In this document: positions 14,471 through 27,100 of the stretch, piece by piece | How positions within the stretch are numbered: the stretch's first letter is position 1 | Layout of the letters: every line of letters begins with the position of its first letter | Assembly (NCBI RefSeq): GCF_009914755.1 | Contig: NC_060935.1 | Strand: one strand, 5' to 3' | DNA from: the human T2T-CHM13v2.0 reference genome, Homo sapiens | DNA: 64,000 nt | Notes under the pieces: generated by a model | Told to the model about the DNA's origin: nothing | What the model saw: only the letters and a program-made list of their open reading frames with translations | Database searches by the model: none | Position numbers and translations under genes: made by a program

Positions 14471-16532
14471 TGACACCCTTTTCACAGTTGACCCTCCTTC
14501 TGGTCTCCAGCACCATAGATGTACACCACTTGCCCTTAGCTATCTTGCCACTGCACGAGTTAGGGTGAAGATTGAACCACCTTGGGGACTTGGGCCTTTC
14601 TACTGTGTTAGTTCAAATAATCATTCAATAAATGCTTATTGCATGATTAATCAAAAACAGAAAAGGGAGCTTCCTGATTAGAAGCAGGAATGAAGAATCT
14701 GTTCTTGTCTGGCTTCAGATTTTTGCTCTTCACTTGCCAGGTGAAGGACCTTGGAAGAGTCACTCATCCTTTGCAAGTCTCAGATTCCTTGTCTGAAAAA
14801 TTAGGACACCATACCTGCCCTTTATACCTCAAAAAGGGATGTGAGGACCAAAATGGTGTTAGAACAGGGTAGGGTCTTTGCAAGCAGTAAAGCATGATTC
14901 AGATGTAAGGTGATGTCATTGTGATGTTTCCTCTTGCTGTGGTTTCCTGTCATGGGCTCTGGCTTCAGGGTGCCCTGCAATGCCAATGCACCCCAGTCTG
15001 TGCCCTCTGCACAGCCTCCCATCCCAGCTTTTCTGGGCCCTTTTCTTCCGTTGGCTTCTTTTATCTTGCACCTACCTTGCTTTCTCCCTGCACGTACCAC
15101 CACCACAAATGCTGTACAAGAGCAAGTTAACCACTATTGTTTTGAATGATAGAGAAAATAATGAGGGAAACAGACTGGTCCATTCAGTGATTAAGTATTC
15201 AGTAATTAAGTATTCAGTGTTAGGTGGTGGGCAGAAGTTAGGAAGAAAGGTATCTTAAGGTTTTTGATTCGGCGTCATCCGAATGGGTCAATGAGACAGA
15301 TTCCACAGGCAAACCATTCCAGATCCATAACCTCTAGAGTAGAAAGTTTCAGAAGGAAGAGATCCCCCAAACTGTGTAATTCCCTTGTAAATCTCATTCA
15401 TTCAATGGGATTTGAGAACCAACCACTTGTGCAGGTGCCCGCATCCGAAGATAACTTGCCCCCAGGAGACAGCAGATAAGAAGAGGGCAGAGACAAAGGA
15501 GGTCTTTTTGTGACTTGCATCATGGATGCAGAAAAGGTGGATAACCCAACTCTGGTGGGGTGAGTGGGCAGGGAAGGTTTGGAAGCAGGAGGAGGAGACA
15601 CTCAAAGCTGCTTTGGGGTGCACTTATTTTGTGTGCTGGAGAAGGATTTGCTGGCCATTTCTTGTGAAATAAACTTTTTTGTGTATGCATGTGTATGTAG
15701 GCTGTTACTAATCCCGTTCCTTTCTTGATCTACTGTTTTTCAGGTTAATGGTGTCTGGGATTTGTGGAGGGAGGAAGGATATAAAAGGGCAAAAACAGGA
15801 GACCCCGGTGCCTGGATTCAGAGCCTTCACATTCCGGAGATCCCCAGAGGCCCCTCTCCCCAGACCCTTCAGCTCCAGAAAGCCATTGTGCTCCCTCCTG
15901 GCCTCTGACCCTGAGGCTCTGGGAAGCAGCAGGTTGTTGACACTTGGACAATCATTTCTTGCAAGGCAACTGCCTCCCTGGGGGGCTCTCCTCTGCCTTA
16001 GGGTGGTGACTATTCCCCCAACCAGGGTTAAGGAAGAGAAAAATTAACTGTTGGTCAGAGCAGGAGGCAAGGATAGAGAATCCTCAATTTCAGGCCCCCA
16101 GGCATGTTCACCCCTCTCTCACTTGCCACTTCAGGAGTACACCACAGCCCAGGGATAAGCTTTAGGAAAATGGGTTCGAGAGAGGCATTTCTGATCAGAG
16201 TTCCTTCTGGCATCCTGCTGTGGGTCTCATGTTTGTTGAGGGGACCCCATATTTCTTCATGAAGGATATCTGTATGTCTGCTACAGTCTCAGGAATGCAG
16301 CCACAGGAACAAAGAAATTTCTAGCCCTGGTGCTGCTACTTATTAGGAGCAAGACTTCAGACAAGTTGCTTTTCCTTTCAGAAGCTTGGTTTCCTCATTG
16401 GTAGAAGAGGGTCAAAAAGTCACTTGCCCGGTGAGCCTGCTGAGAAGAGCAGATGAAGGAGGTGTACTCTGCACTCTGTGAAACATTGCAAATGTGCGGG
16501 TTGATCATTAATGTTTTCTCTTACAGCCAAAG

Positions 16533-16535
<3 letters not shown>

Positions 16536-16574
<39 letters not shown>

Positions 16575-16586
16575 CGCGCGTGCACA
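16536..16586. repeat. (GT)15(CG)7-type compound microsatellite, Z-DNA prone
   Basis: 51 bp of uninterrupted purine-pyrimidine alternation; (CG)7 at 16567-16580. Confidence 0.95.
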
Positions 16587-17291
16587 GTTTGTGAGTGTCG
16601 GGTTCCCAAGCATTTACTCTCCTCTCTCCTTTCTAGGACATTTCAGGAAGCATTATTCAAAAGCCGGTGGGGTGGGACAGAGGGACTATTAAAATTTTTA
16701 AGAATCACCTTGCATTTCTTTCACTTTGGTCTTAATAATAAATAACTCTAACCCTGCAGCCAGGAGCTGGGATGTTCTGTCCAAATTAGCACAAATCTCT
16801 GTCTGCAACAGCCGAGCATCCCCGTTCAGTGGGCGGGATCAGTACCATTTCCCCAGCAATGAGAAAAAGCCCTCTTGCTAAGCTACAGAAAAATCTCCCT
16901 TGTGCTTTAATTTTGGAAGAAGCGGATTAGTGTGGCCATATTTAACCTTTGACCCTGAAACAAAAGCATTATCAAAATTATTTACCAAGAGCGTCTGTCT
17001 TCTTCTCCTCACCCCCACTTCCCTGTTTGCCGGGGCTAGTTTAGAATCTTGGTAAACTTCTTCAGAGCAAGAGCAAAATTTTGGAAGGCCATCATTACCT
17101 TAGAGACATCCCAGGCCTGGTGTTCACTGCCAGGGCTCTTGGGGTCTAAGGTGGGTTAAAGGACAGAGATGAGAATCTTATACCACAGTGGGGTTCAAAA
17201 TTTGTGAGTTGGATGTAAAAACTCTTTCTCCTCTGAAACTAGCCTAGTTTCTGGCTGTCTTGGAGATTTAACTATTCAGATGATATGTTGA

Positions 17292-17585
<294 letters not shown>

Positions 17586-17699
17586 AGTGAGTGACCTAAA
17601 GGTGCAGATTGATTTCTACCTTCTTCTCCTTCCAGGCAGAAATCCATAGACTTGGTGGTGTGGGGTGGAGGTATATCTAGACCTGAGCCATTTCTGTGG

Positions 17700-17905
17700 G
17701 TTTAAATCTCATCTTCCCTGTCATTAACTGTCACTGTGGCCTTGGACAAATTATTTGAACTCTGAGCCCCCCACCTACCTTCCTTATCTGTAAAATGGGC
17801 ATAGCAATAATAGTGCCCGCCTCCTAGAGTTATTTTTGAGGATAGATAACAGGATACACATGAAGTGCTTACTGTGGGGTTTGGTGCTTACTAAGTGTTG
17901 AGCCA
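17700..17905 (+). mobile_element. MIR
   Basis: tgtggccttggacaaattatttgaactctgagcc...ttccttatctgtaaaatggg MIR core. Confidence 0.75.
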
Positions 17906-20089
17906 GTACTAACTACTGTTACCACAGTTGTTACCATTGTCATCAGTATCATCCTTATTGATTCTTCGTCACTTCCCCAGGTCCTGGTTGGCTCCCTTCC
18001 CCCTCCCCCGCATTGGGGTGTTATTGGCGACCCGCCCCATTTCCTGCTTGTCCTCTGCCCTCACCTTCTTTGCAGTGATTTTCAGAGTCCCCGTTTGCGT
18101 TCGCAGTGGGGAGTTTGACTTCATTTCATACCAGGAAGGCCAGCTTGCAGTGGGGGATTGGGAGGGCAGAGCGCTTTATAAGCTCGCGATGAAAGCTGTA
18201 AAACGAGATGGTCAAGGATCTGGCCAGGCCTGGTTCGGGATTATGGCCGGCCCCTGGAATGCTGAGGGGGGCCTCTTTTAAGAAGCCAGTGTCTATTTAC
18301 AGTGTATCTCTCATAAACCCCAACGCTGGGGCGAGGGCAGGGGGACTCGCCCTCCTGGCATGTGATTGATTATCTGGTATTTATGCCATTGAGGACTTGT
18401 CAGCGGTCTGGGGTCAAAGGGTCATCTCATGTGTCTTGCCGCCAGCCCACCTCCTTTTGTACAGTGTGGACCGGGCGAGCTGTGCACAAAACAGCTTTTT
18501 CTTTTCCTTGGGAAAGGGGGGATGGGGAGGGGGGAGTGTCAATGAAATTTTTTTTTCAGCCTTTTCTGAATAGTGTTCTTTAAATTCTAAAGAACTTTTA
18601 ATTAAAAGTAGCAGGAAAATTCATCTTGAGAAGGTTTAACTTACCTTAACAGATACTTTTGTGTCCCAAGAAGCTGGGAGTGACTTTGAAAGAAAGAAAG
18701 AAAGAAAGTAAGGGGCTTTGTTGTGCCTCTCCCCCTCCCCCAGGCATTTTCAAAGTTTCCTGGAGTTCTTGTCCACTCCTGTCTGGTGTGGACCCTGCTT
18801 GGGAAAGCAGGAAGGGAAGAGGTCATTCTTCTCCTTTAACATAGCCACACAAATTTAGAAAGGGACTTGGGGATTCTCTGCTCCAATTTTCTCCTGTTAT
18901 AGATGAAGAAACTGAGCCTTGACAGGTGAAAAGACTTCGCTATAGAGTCACACAGCTACACAGTTGCGGAGTCAGGCACTGGGCTCTGATTCTCTGTATT
19001 TCCTAGTGCTCCTTTGAGCATGCCAGGTTGCTTCCCGAAGCTGCTTTGGATGCCAAGTGAAGATAAATGTAATGATACCTTTGCTGTCGTTCAGTCCTGG
19101 ATGTTTGAGACTTGGGAACCACTCTTAAATTCCTTGGGCTGGAAGCATCCCTGAGGGACCACCTGGCTTATCCCCCCATCCCCCATCGCCTGCCTCAGAG
19201 CAGGCAGTCCGTGCTCACGTGTGCCGGAGGAATTGCTGTGGGTCCCTTTTCTAAAAATCTGCAGAGGAAGTCTCTATGTTTTCTGCTTGGTAGAAAATGC
19301 CGGCACCCCTCCCTCAACCTTCATCACTGGATGGTCTGGACATCCTTCTGAACAGCTGACTTTGTTTCTTCCTTCTGTGGCTCAGGAGTGGCCCACCCAT
19401 GGAAGCTTGTCTGTCTGTTCCCCCATCCCCCCGACCCCCTGTGTGCCCACAGGGGGCCATCCAGAGCTGTGACTGGCCAGGACACCTCAGTCCACTGTGC
19501 TGCTCCACCATGGCCTGGCTGCTGTAGGGAAACATTGTCCCTCTTAACTCTCACCCAGGCTTTTGGTGACGTGAGGCCTTGATGAAATGCTTTGTCCATC
19601 GCTTCCAACTCATTGAACCAAGGTGGACACTGGGCAGAGAAATCATTTGCCAAGAGATAGGTATTTGTAGGACTCGCATAAATTCACGTGTCCTGTATCC
19701 TGTTGTTTGTCTTCTCCATCCCACCACCTCCTCATTTAAAAAATGCAATACAAAGAATTGTCTTCTAAAGAATAGCTTTAGAAATCCTCATTCCTTTCCA
19801 TTCCCTCCATTCCCATTCACATTAAATTAGCGAATGCTAATTTGGACTGATAGGGCACCACTGTGAAAAAGGTGTGAAGAAAGATCTGCTTCTTGCTCAT
19901 GGGAGGAGACCCCAGCAGTAATTAGATTCTCACTGAAGTCACTGGGTGCCACAAACTGTGCCAGTGCTTACCTCAGACTGTGTTATTTGGTCCTCATATT
20001 AACTTTCCAAGATGAACATTCCTGTGTCCAGATGAGGAACATCAGGGCTAGACATAGGTAGCCTTCTCTGGGGTATAATTTGCTTTAAG

Positions 20090-20310
20090 CTAAGTAGTAT
20101 TAAACATGTTAAACACGTCATCTCTTTGAATCCACATAAAATCCCTAAATCCCTGTGAGACAGGGATTGTTGTTATCCTGGTTTTAGATGAAACAGGCAC
20201 AGAGGAGTTAAGTAACTTACCTGAGGTCACACAGCAGTAGTAAGTGGTGAAGTGGGGTTTGATCCACCATGAATGACTGCAGAGTTCACACTTGAACTAC
20301 TTGCTGCTCC
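20090..20310 (-). mobile_element. MIR
   Basis: ttttagatgaaacaggcacagaggagttaagtaacttacctgaggtcacacagc core in reverse. Confidence 0.75.
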
Positions 20311-20674
20311 ACCTCTTTTAAGTTGTAGAGCTTCCTGATGCTGGCGCTCATGTTTTGTTTTGTCTTTTCCTACTATTCTGACATAAATCTGCTGGGGAGA
20401 CACTATATATAGACATATATAAATCAGCCAGAGACCAGCAAAAGGTCACTGTGTAATCAGATGCCAGCCTGGGTGGTGCGTGGAGAGGAATTTAGAGAAG
20501 GAATATGTTAACGAGGACACAGTATTTAGTCTCATGTCTGGACCCCCATAGTAAGGGGACAGTGCCTTACTCATCTTTCCATCTCTGGGACCTAACTCAG
20601 GGCCTGGTACACATTATATGTTCAATAAGTACTGATTAGATTACTGGGAAAGAGTTAGTAGGGGAGATGGGACT

Positions 20675-20788
20675 TGAAGTTTTTTGAAAATGATATTAAT
20701 AACTGTGACAGTTATTTGTGAAGTTTTTTGAAAATGATATTAATAACTGTGATAGTTATTTGTGAAGTTTTTTGAAAATGATATTAAT
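20675..20788. repeat. 44-bp AT-rich tandem repeat, 2.6 copies
   Basis: Unit gaagttttttgaaaatgatattaataactgtga(c/t)agttatttgt starting at 20676, 20720 and 20764. Confidence 0.97.
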
Positions 20789-20977
20789 GGCATTACCTTT
20801 TATGGCATACTGGCCAGGTACTCAGCTAAGTTTATTATTTAGTTGTATTAACTCTCACAGCAGCCCTATGGCTATTATGATCCCTGGAGTAAACTTAGGC
20901 TGAAGAGAGATTCTATATCTTGCTGGAGGATTTAAAGTCTCAGGGTGGTTGGTGTTATTTGGGGGCTTTTTTTTGGC

Positions 20978-21194
20978 TTTTTTGTTGTTGTTGTTTTGAG
21001 ACAGGGTCTTGCTCTGTCGCCCATCCTGGAGTGCAGTGGCGCAATTTTGGCTCACTGCAATCTCCGCCTCCCGGGTTCAAGCGATTCTCATACTTTAGCC
21101 TCGTGAGTAGCTGGGACTACAGGCATGCGCCACCACATCCGGCTAATTTTTATATTTTTAGTAGAGACGGAGTTTCGCCATGTTGGCCAGCCTG
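20978..21194 (-). mobile_element. 5'-truncated AluS
   Basis: (TTG)n tail, complete right arm, linker and about 35 bp of left arm. Confidence 0.9.
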
Positions 21195-23154
21195 TGGTGG
21201 TTTGTTTGTTTGTTTGTTTTTTCTTGATTTTGAAATTATTTTTTTTCCTAAAGCAGAGAAGAAGGCACAAGTGAAGGAGAAAAGGCAGACGTGAGTGATG
21301 ATGGCAGAAAGTCTGCTCAATTGGGGTGGAGGGATTTGGAAGCCAGAGAGAGGAGCTTATCTTTTTTTTTTTTTTCCTGCTTATAGGTGGAAGTTGCTTC
21401 TTTAATATAAAGATTTCTGGATCTATGAGGTTAACTGTGTCCAGTTAATTGAATTTATAATTCAGCACCAAAACGCTGAAAAGAATTGTCTTTTATGTCC
21501 CTTAATGAGTGCTATAAAAACAAGTGGTGAATCTAATTTTACGAATGTTCCTTTATGACTTACCTGATAACTAGTAGTTGTTCAACACAAAGGACACATA
21601 ACTCAGTCTGGACCTACACTGGCTGCCTGCCGTAAAATAACTTGTTTTAGAAGTTGGCCTTCTTGCTTCTCTTGAGTGGCCCAGGGATTCACTTGTTCCC
21701 TTCTCTGCTCCCTCTTCTCATTGAGGATCAGGCTCGGGTTCTTCATTCTGGAGGATTGAGATGGGTTACCTTCCCTGCCAGTCCAGGATGACCAAGACCT
21801 CACATCTCATTGGCTCTTTCCAAAAAGGGGAAGGGAAAGATATGGCAGCTCATTCAGATGTCTCTCTGGTGCAGCATATTGCTTCTACCTAGAAGTTGCC
21901 TGGTGTGCTAGCAAGAAAAGAGAAATTAAGAGAAAGACTCCTTTTGTCTTTACCCTACAACGAGAGGTAAAGAGCTTTACAGCCGCAGCAGCCGCATTAG
22001 GTTAGACATTGGTGAGAACTTCCTGAGTTGCAAAGATGTTCCTAAGAGAGACTGATAACTGTCCATCTCTAGAGCTGCTTCAGTTGTGAGTGGGCACATA
22101 TATAGATGCCCTTATCTTTTTATAGCTTTTGTCTTTTTTTATGTTTTGAAAGTTTAATTTGAATTATTTTGTGATTACAGATCTTACAGGTAGATGTTGG
22201 GTACAAAATTCAGGCATTCTCTGATGGCTATTTGAGAAAGGTTGGCTGTTCCCATCTGCAATAGTCAGGGGCAGGAGCCTGGACTCACAGGCCAGTACAG
22301 CACTCAGGGAGACAGCCTAGAAATGGAAGGGCTTTTGGAGGAGGGAAGCTCTTGAACAGAGCAGACAGGGTAGGGGTGTGGGAGCGTTGATGAAGGAAGG
22401 CCAAGATAAGGCTGTGGTTTCCATTTGTTACCACCTCTCCCGCTTATCTTGAGTGAGAACAGGCCCTACAGCTCTGAGCGAACCTTTCCATGGGGCTGTT
22501 GAGCTGTGAAGAGGACATATACGAGCTCTCCTATCCTCTCTTCCCAGTGCACCCTTTCCCTTGCACACACAGGCACCTGTAAAGGCTGCAGCTTTGGTCT
22601 ATTGGATGGGTGGGGACAAATGCAGAAGTGTCCCTGTTCTGGGTGCTGATTACTTCCTAGCAGAGCTGGGGGGTGGACTGGCACATTTGTCCTTCATGAT
22701 CTGAGTCTTACCTCTGCTGGCCTTGTGCTCAGACTGGCTGGTGGGCCATCTTCTGCCTTGTCCCACCCTTACTAGATTGATAAATTGCTGTTCCAGTCAA
22801 CAGGGCTCTGACCCAGCCCTTATCTTTGGTCAGAAGGAGGCTGGGTGACAAGGACAGGGGGAGGGGCTGCTGCACAAGCCCAGCCTTTGGACACTGGTAA
22901 CCTTTTGTGGGGGAATGTACACCCAGCTGCTTTGGGGCCCAGAGGAACATTCTGGCAAGACAGTGCTATCAGCCTAAACTCATCACACCGGAGGCAGCCT
23001 GCAGCACATACACATTTCTCTTGACTTACAGGAGACTGGAGATGGAGGGAAATAAGAAGTCACCTCCCCTTACCCCCTATTCTCACTGAGTTGGCATGAC
23101 ACTAAAAGATCCCCTATTCCCTATCATTTTCAGAAGAACCAAGACGGCTTGCCA

Positions 23155-24135
23155 CTCATTCATTCAACATTTATTGCATATCTACTATGTGCTTAAATGC
23201 TGGGAATAGAAAGATGACTAGACCCAGTCTGTTGATTCAAGGAATTCAGAGTTGAGAGGAAGACAGACACATAAACAGGCAATTATAATGCAGAATGCTG
23301 AGTGCAGCGATAGAGATATTTATACACAGGATACTGTGGTAGCCCAGAGGAAGGGTGCTCAGCAGATACCCAGGGGACAGATAAGGCTTCTAGAAAGGAA
23401 GACACCACAAGGTTTTCAAGAAGTAGAAAGTAGCCAGGATGAAGGGAGAGAAGGACAGAAGAAATGGAACTGTATGTGTTTAGAAACAGTGACACTGTGG
23501 CCTGAGTAGCTCAGCTGAGATAGAACGTGGTGGATACAGTTGGAGGCATAGGCAAGCCCAGGCCACAGAAACTTGTTAGGCTGTGTTTAGGAGCCTAGAT
23601 TTTATCCACAGATGACAAGGAGTTCTTGGAAGCCTTTAAAAAGGAAGTTATGAGATCAGATACATTTTGGATAGGTCGCACTGGTGGTGCTGTGCAGGTG
23701 AGATCAGAGGGAGGTAAGCTGTGTTTAGGAGACTTTTGTGGCTATCCTGATGAGGGATGCTTACATGATAGAAAATGAGCTGGATTGGGGTATCTCAATC
23801 CTAATGTCAGGCAAGAGGACCTAGAGGCCTTCGGGGTGACGTCCAGGCATCTAGCTCGAGTGACCAAGAGGATGTTAGTGCTGACAGCTGAGATGGAGAT
23901 CCAGGCCAAGCAGGTTTGAGAGGCGAAGATGTGGGTTTCAGGTTTGGATATTCAGGTTGAATATAAGATGTCTGCGGAACATCTAGGGAGCAGCTAGGTG
24001 TATGGATTTTGTGCCCAGAAGAGAAGTCCAGGCTGGAGGCCTCCTGGCTTCCTGGTGGTCACTGAGACCGTGAGAGTAGAGTTCACCTGGACAGATGGCG
24101 GGGCATGAAGCGTCATGAGTTAAGGGCAGAACACC
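23155..24135 (-). mobile_element. L2 LINE fragment including 3' end
   Basis: cattcattcaacatttattg...ctactatgtgc terminal signature, then purine-rich L2 body. Confidence 0.7.
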
Positions 24136-27100
24136 ATGGTGGGGATGAGAGTTGGGGCAAAGGGCACTGCTCAGCAGAGAAGGGCCTCCTGCAGCCAGCT
24201 CCTTAGGCTCCCTGGAAGGTGAGGAAGGCAGGAAGCATGGGACCTCAGGTGCAGAGGGCTTCTCAGAGGCGGATTCTCAAGGTATGGCCTGGTGTGGGGA
24301 TCCCTGCAGATAGATGGGTCTCTCCAGGGTGAGGAGCGCTCTCCTGGCCCAGCTCCTGGCATTCTCAAATCCCAGGGATCTCTTGTGAACAGGGCCCTGG
24401 CCCTGGGGTAGGAGAGAAGAGGCTGACAGGCTGAAGAATAATCTCAGAACTGGTGGGGACTTAGGGGATTGCCCCTTGCTTCCAGGGGGATTGGATGGGC
24501 AGTCCTCCAGGCTGCTGTTGGAAATTTCTCAGAGAAGGACCTGCTGTGCTGCACGGACCTTCCTGGAAGTCCAACCCAGGTGAACCCTTCTTGCTGGTTC
24601 CATTGCTGCACGTACCATCCCTTTGCACATGTGTCTCTCTTTTCTGAGGTTCATCATGCTTGGTTCTGTCGCATTGTCTGGAGGGAATACAAGCACCCTG
24701 ATTCCTTCCAAAGAAGAGGAGCTCAGGGCCCTGGGTCCTGCCCCACTGGGGCTTTACATTTCCTGAAACCCCTCTTCCACTTTCCCTGTCCCACACTGAT
24801 CCTAGAATGAGCACTCCATTTGGGATGGGTGGCCGCTCTCCCTCTACACCCTCCTCCAGTGGCTTGGCACTTCGGGACCAGCTGCTGGAGTGATTGACAT
24901 AAAGCCAATCTATAAATAAAGTCTTTTTCTTTTCTCATAAAGACTTTGTGGTTGAGTTTGCCTTCAAGGTCAAGATCAGACCTTTCTAAATAAACACATA
25001 TCAAAGGATCATTAGCAAAGCAGCACTGTTAAATTGAGATATTAACTTCTGTCAACTGCTTGTTTCTTTTTTGTTCTGTAACTCATGACTGCAGTAGGTT
25101 TTTATTATTTTGTCCTCAGGCAGTAGCATCTGGCTTCTGTAGAGACTGTAAAAATTAAAAAGCAACACAAATCATTGCGAGAGAAAAGCAGTAAATTCAA
25201 TGATAAGAATTTAAAATTAAAATGTTTCGGTGCTTTTATATTCTGCAAAACATGAAATGAGTGAGTTTGTTGCCTGTTGCCATAAACCTCACCCAGCTAA
25301 TCGTCCGCTTGAGTTTTTTCCTGTCTCTTTTGCTCATCACCATCAATTCTGTCTTGGCACAAGGCGTAAAGTGAGAGCCGTGTGTGTGTGTGTGCATGTG
25401 CGTGTGCACGCCCATGTGCTGGCATGTGTATGCATGTACGTGCGTGTATATGTATAGCGGGGCTGGGGCAGAGTGGTGGATGCACTCACTGACCTCCACC
25501 TCATTAGAATGGGGGAGACAACAGTAGGGAGGCATCATGTGGGAACCAGGGTAGGGAAGGAAGAGTTGAAGATTATTACATCCCCATGGGTCAGAGTTCC
25601 CTTTTTTCATCACCCTTTCTAGTTAAATACAAAAACAAAACAAAAAGCCCCAACCAACCAACCAACAAACAGAACACTCCAGGTCACAGACATGAGCATA
25701 AACAGCAACCTGTAGCATCCAAGTTAAAATGTAAAAAAGAATTCCCTGAGCAAGTGTGTGATGCTGGATTAGGGGTCTGAGTGGGTGGCTGGGTCTTTCC
25801 CATTCCAGAGATGCCCAGCCTTTGGATGGGGTGCTGGGGAGTGGGATGGGAAGCATCTTAGGCTCCTTATTCCAATCAGAAGATTTAGGGTTTCTGTGTT
25901 GAGGTCACTCATTCTTACTGCAAAATCGAGTTGTGTCTCTGGGCCTAGCTATGTCCTGGGCTGTGAGGGAGATAAAAGTTGATTGGTTTTTTTTCTTGCT
26001 CTGGAGGAACTTTAAAAAAAGCTTAAAAAAAAAAAGTCTTTTAAACAGTCAGAGGACAATTTAAGACAAATGTGAGTAAGGATGTGATGGCATTGTATAA
26101 GCTGTTTGCAGACATTCTGGGAAGCGTGCAGAGTGGTGTGGGGTGAGTTCAAGGGGAGCTATTAGGCCTGAGTTGCCTTGAACTAATTCTCCAGTCTGTT
26201 GGGCTTGGGGTCTGGAAGCCTTGGAAAGCCTGGGGTGAACACTGTCAGGGTGAGCTCACCCCCATGTCTAAACCAGGCCACAGGACTGGGACAGTGAGGG
26301 GGAATGCTGTGGGTCCCTTTTCACATAGTCTGTCCCAGTTTGACTGCTGGACCCACAGGCATGAGGCCAGAGCTCTTTGTCCCAGACGAACTTCTCCAGC
26401 CTAGAGAGAGGTGAGGAAAGAGAGCCAGTCTTTGGCCTCCGTCAAAGGGAATGAAGGAAAGTGTGAAGATTAGTGGACGGAGGGGTCGAGTTAAGAGGGT
26501 ATGACTAATAGGCTGGTCATTCAGATAGGAGAGCACATTGTTCTCTGGGCCCAGATGGTCCTTGGAATAAATCAGCTCAGGCAGAAGCAGACTTCCAGTA
26601 CAAGGAAGTAGGAGCAACTGCTTGCCTGCTATTCTCTAATGACATAGCCCAGGCCCCTGGCCCTGAATAGCAGCCATTCAGGCCTCCACTGTGGTGTTGG
26701 AGTGGGGGATGTGTGTGTGCAATGCATGCATGTGAGTGTGTGAGCAATGCATGCATGTGAGTGTGTGTAAATATGTCATGTTCTAGCCTCCGATGCTTAC
26801 AGAAGAGTGGATGAGTGTTTGTGTTGTAAGGAGCTGGTACAGGGAGATTTTTACCTTGGAGCCCTTCTCAACTTTAAATTCCAACCCTGAAAGCCGTGGA
26901 AGTACTGGAGTCATTTGATTAATGTCTCCTTCAGTAGATGGGAAGCTCTACCAGGGCAGGGACTGTGTCAGTCTGATTCATCAGTGTCTCCCCAGACCAG
27001 GTGCTGGTGGATGCTTGATAGACATAGATGGAAGAAAGTTGTAGCAACATTCTTATTTTTCTCCATTGCCTTGCAGTCACGGCCCCCGTTAATTAAGTAG

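Noticed and set aside
15182-15219. 15-bp tandem repeat attcagt(g/a)attaagt
   Set aside because: Small slippage duplication with no further support.
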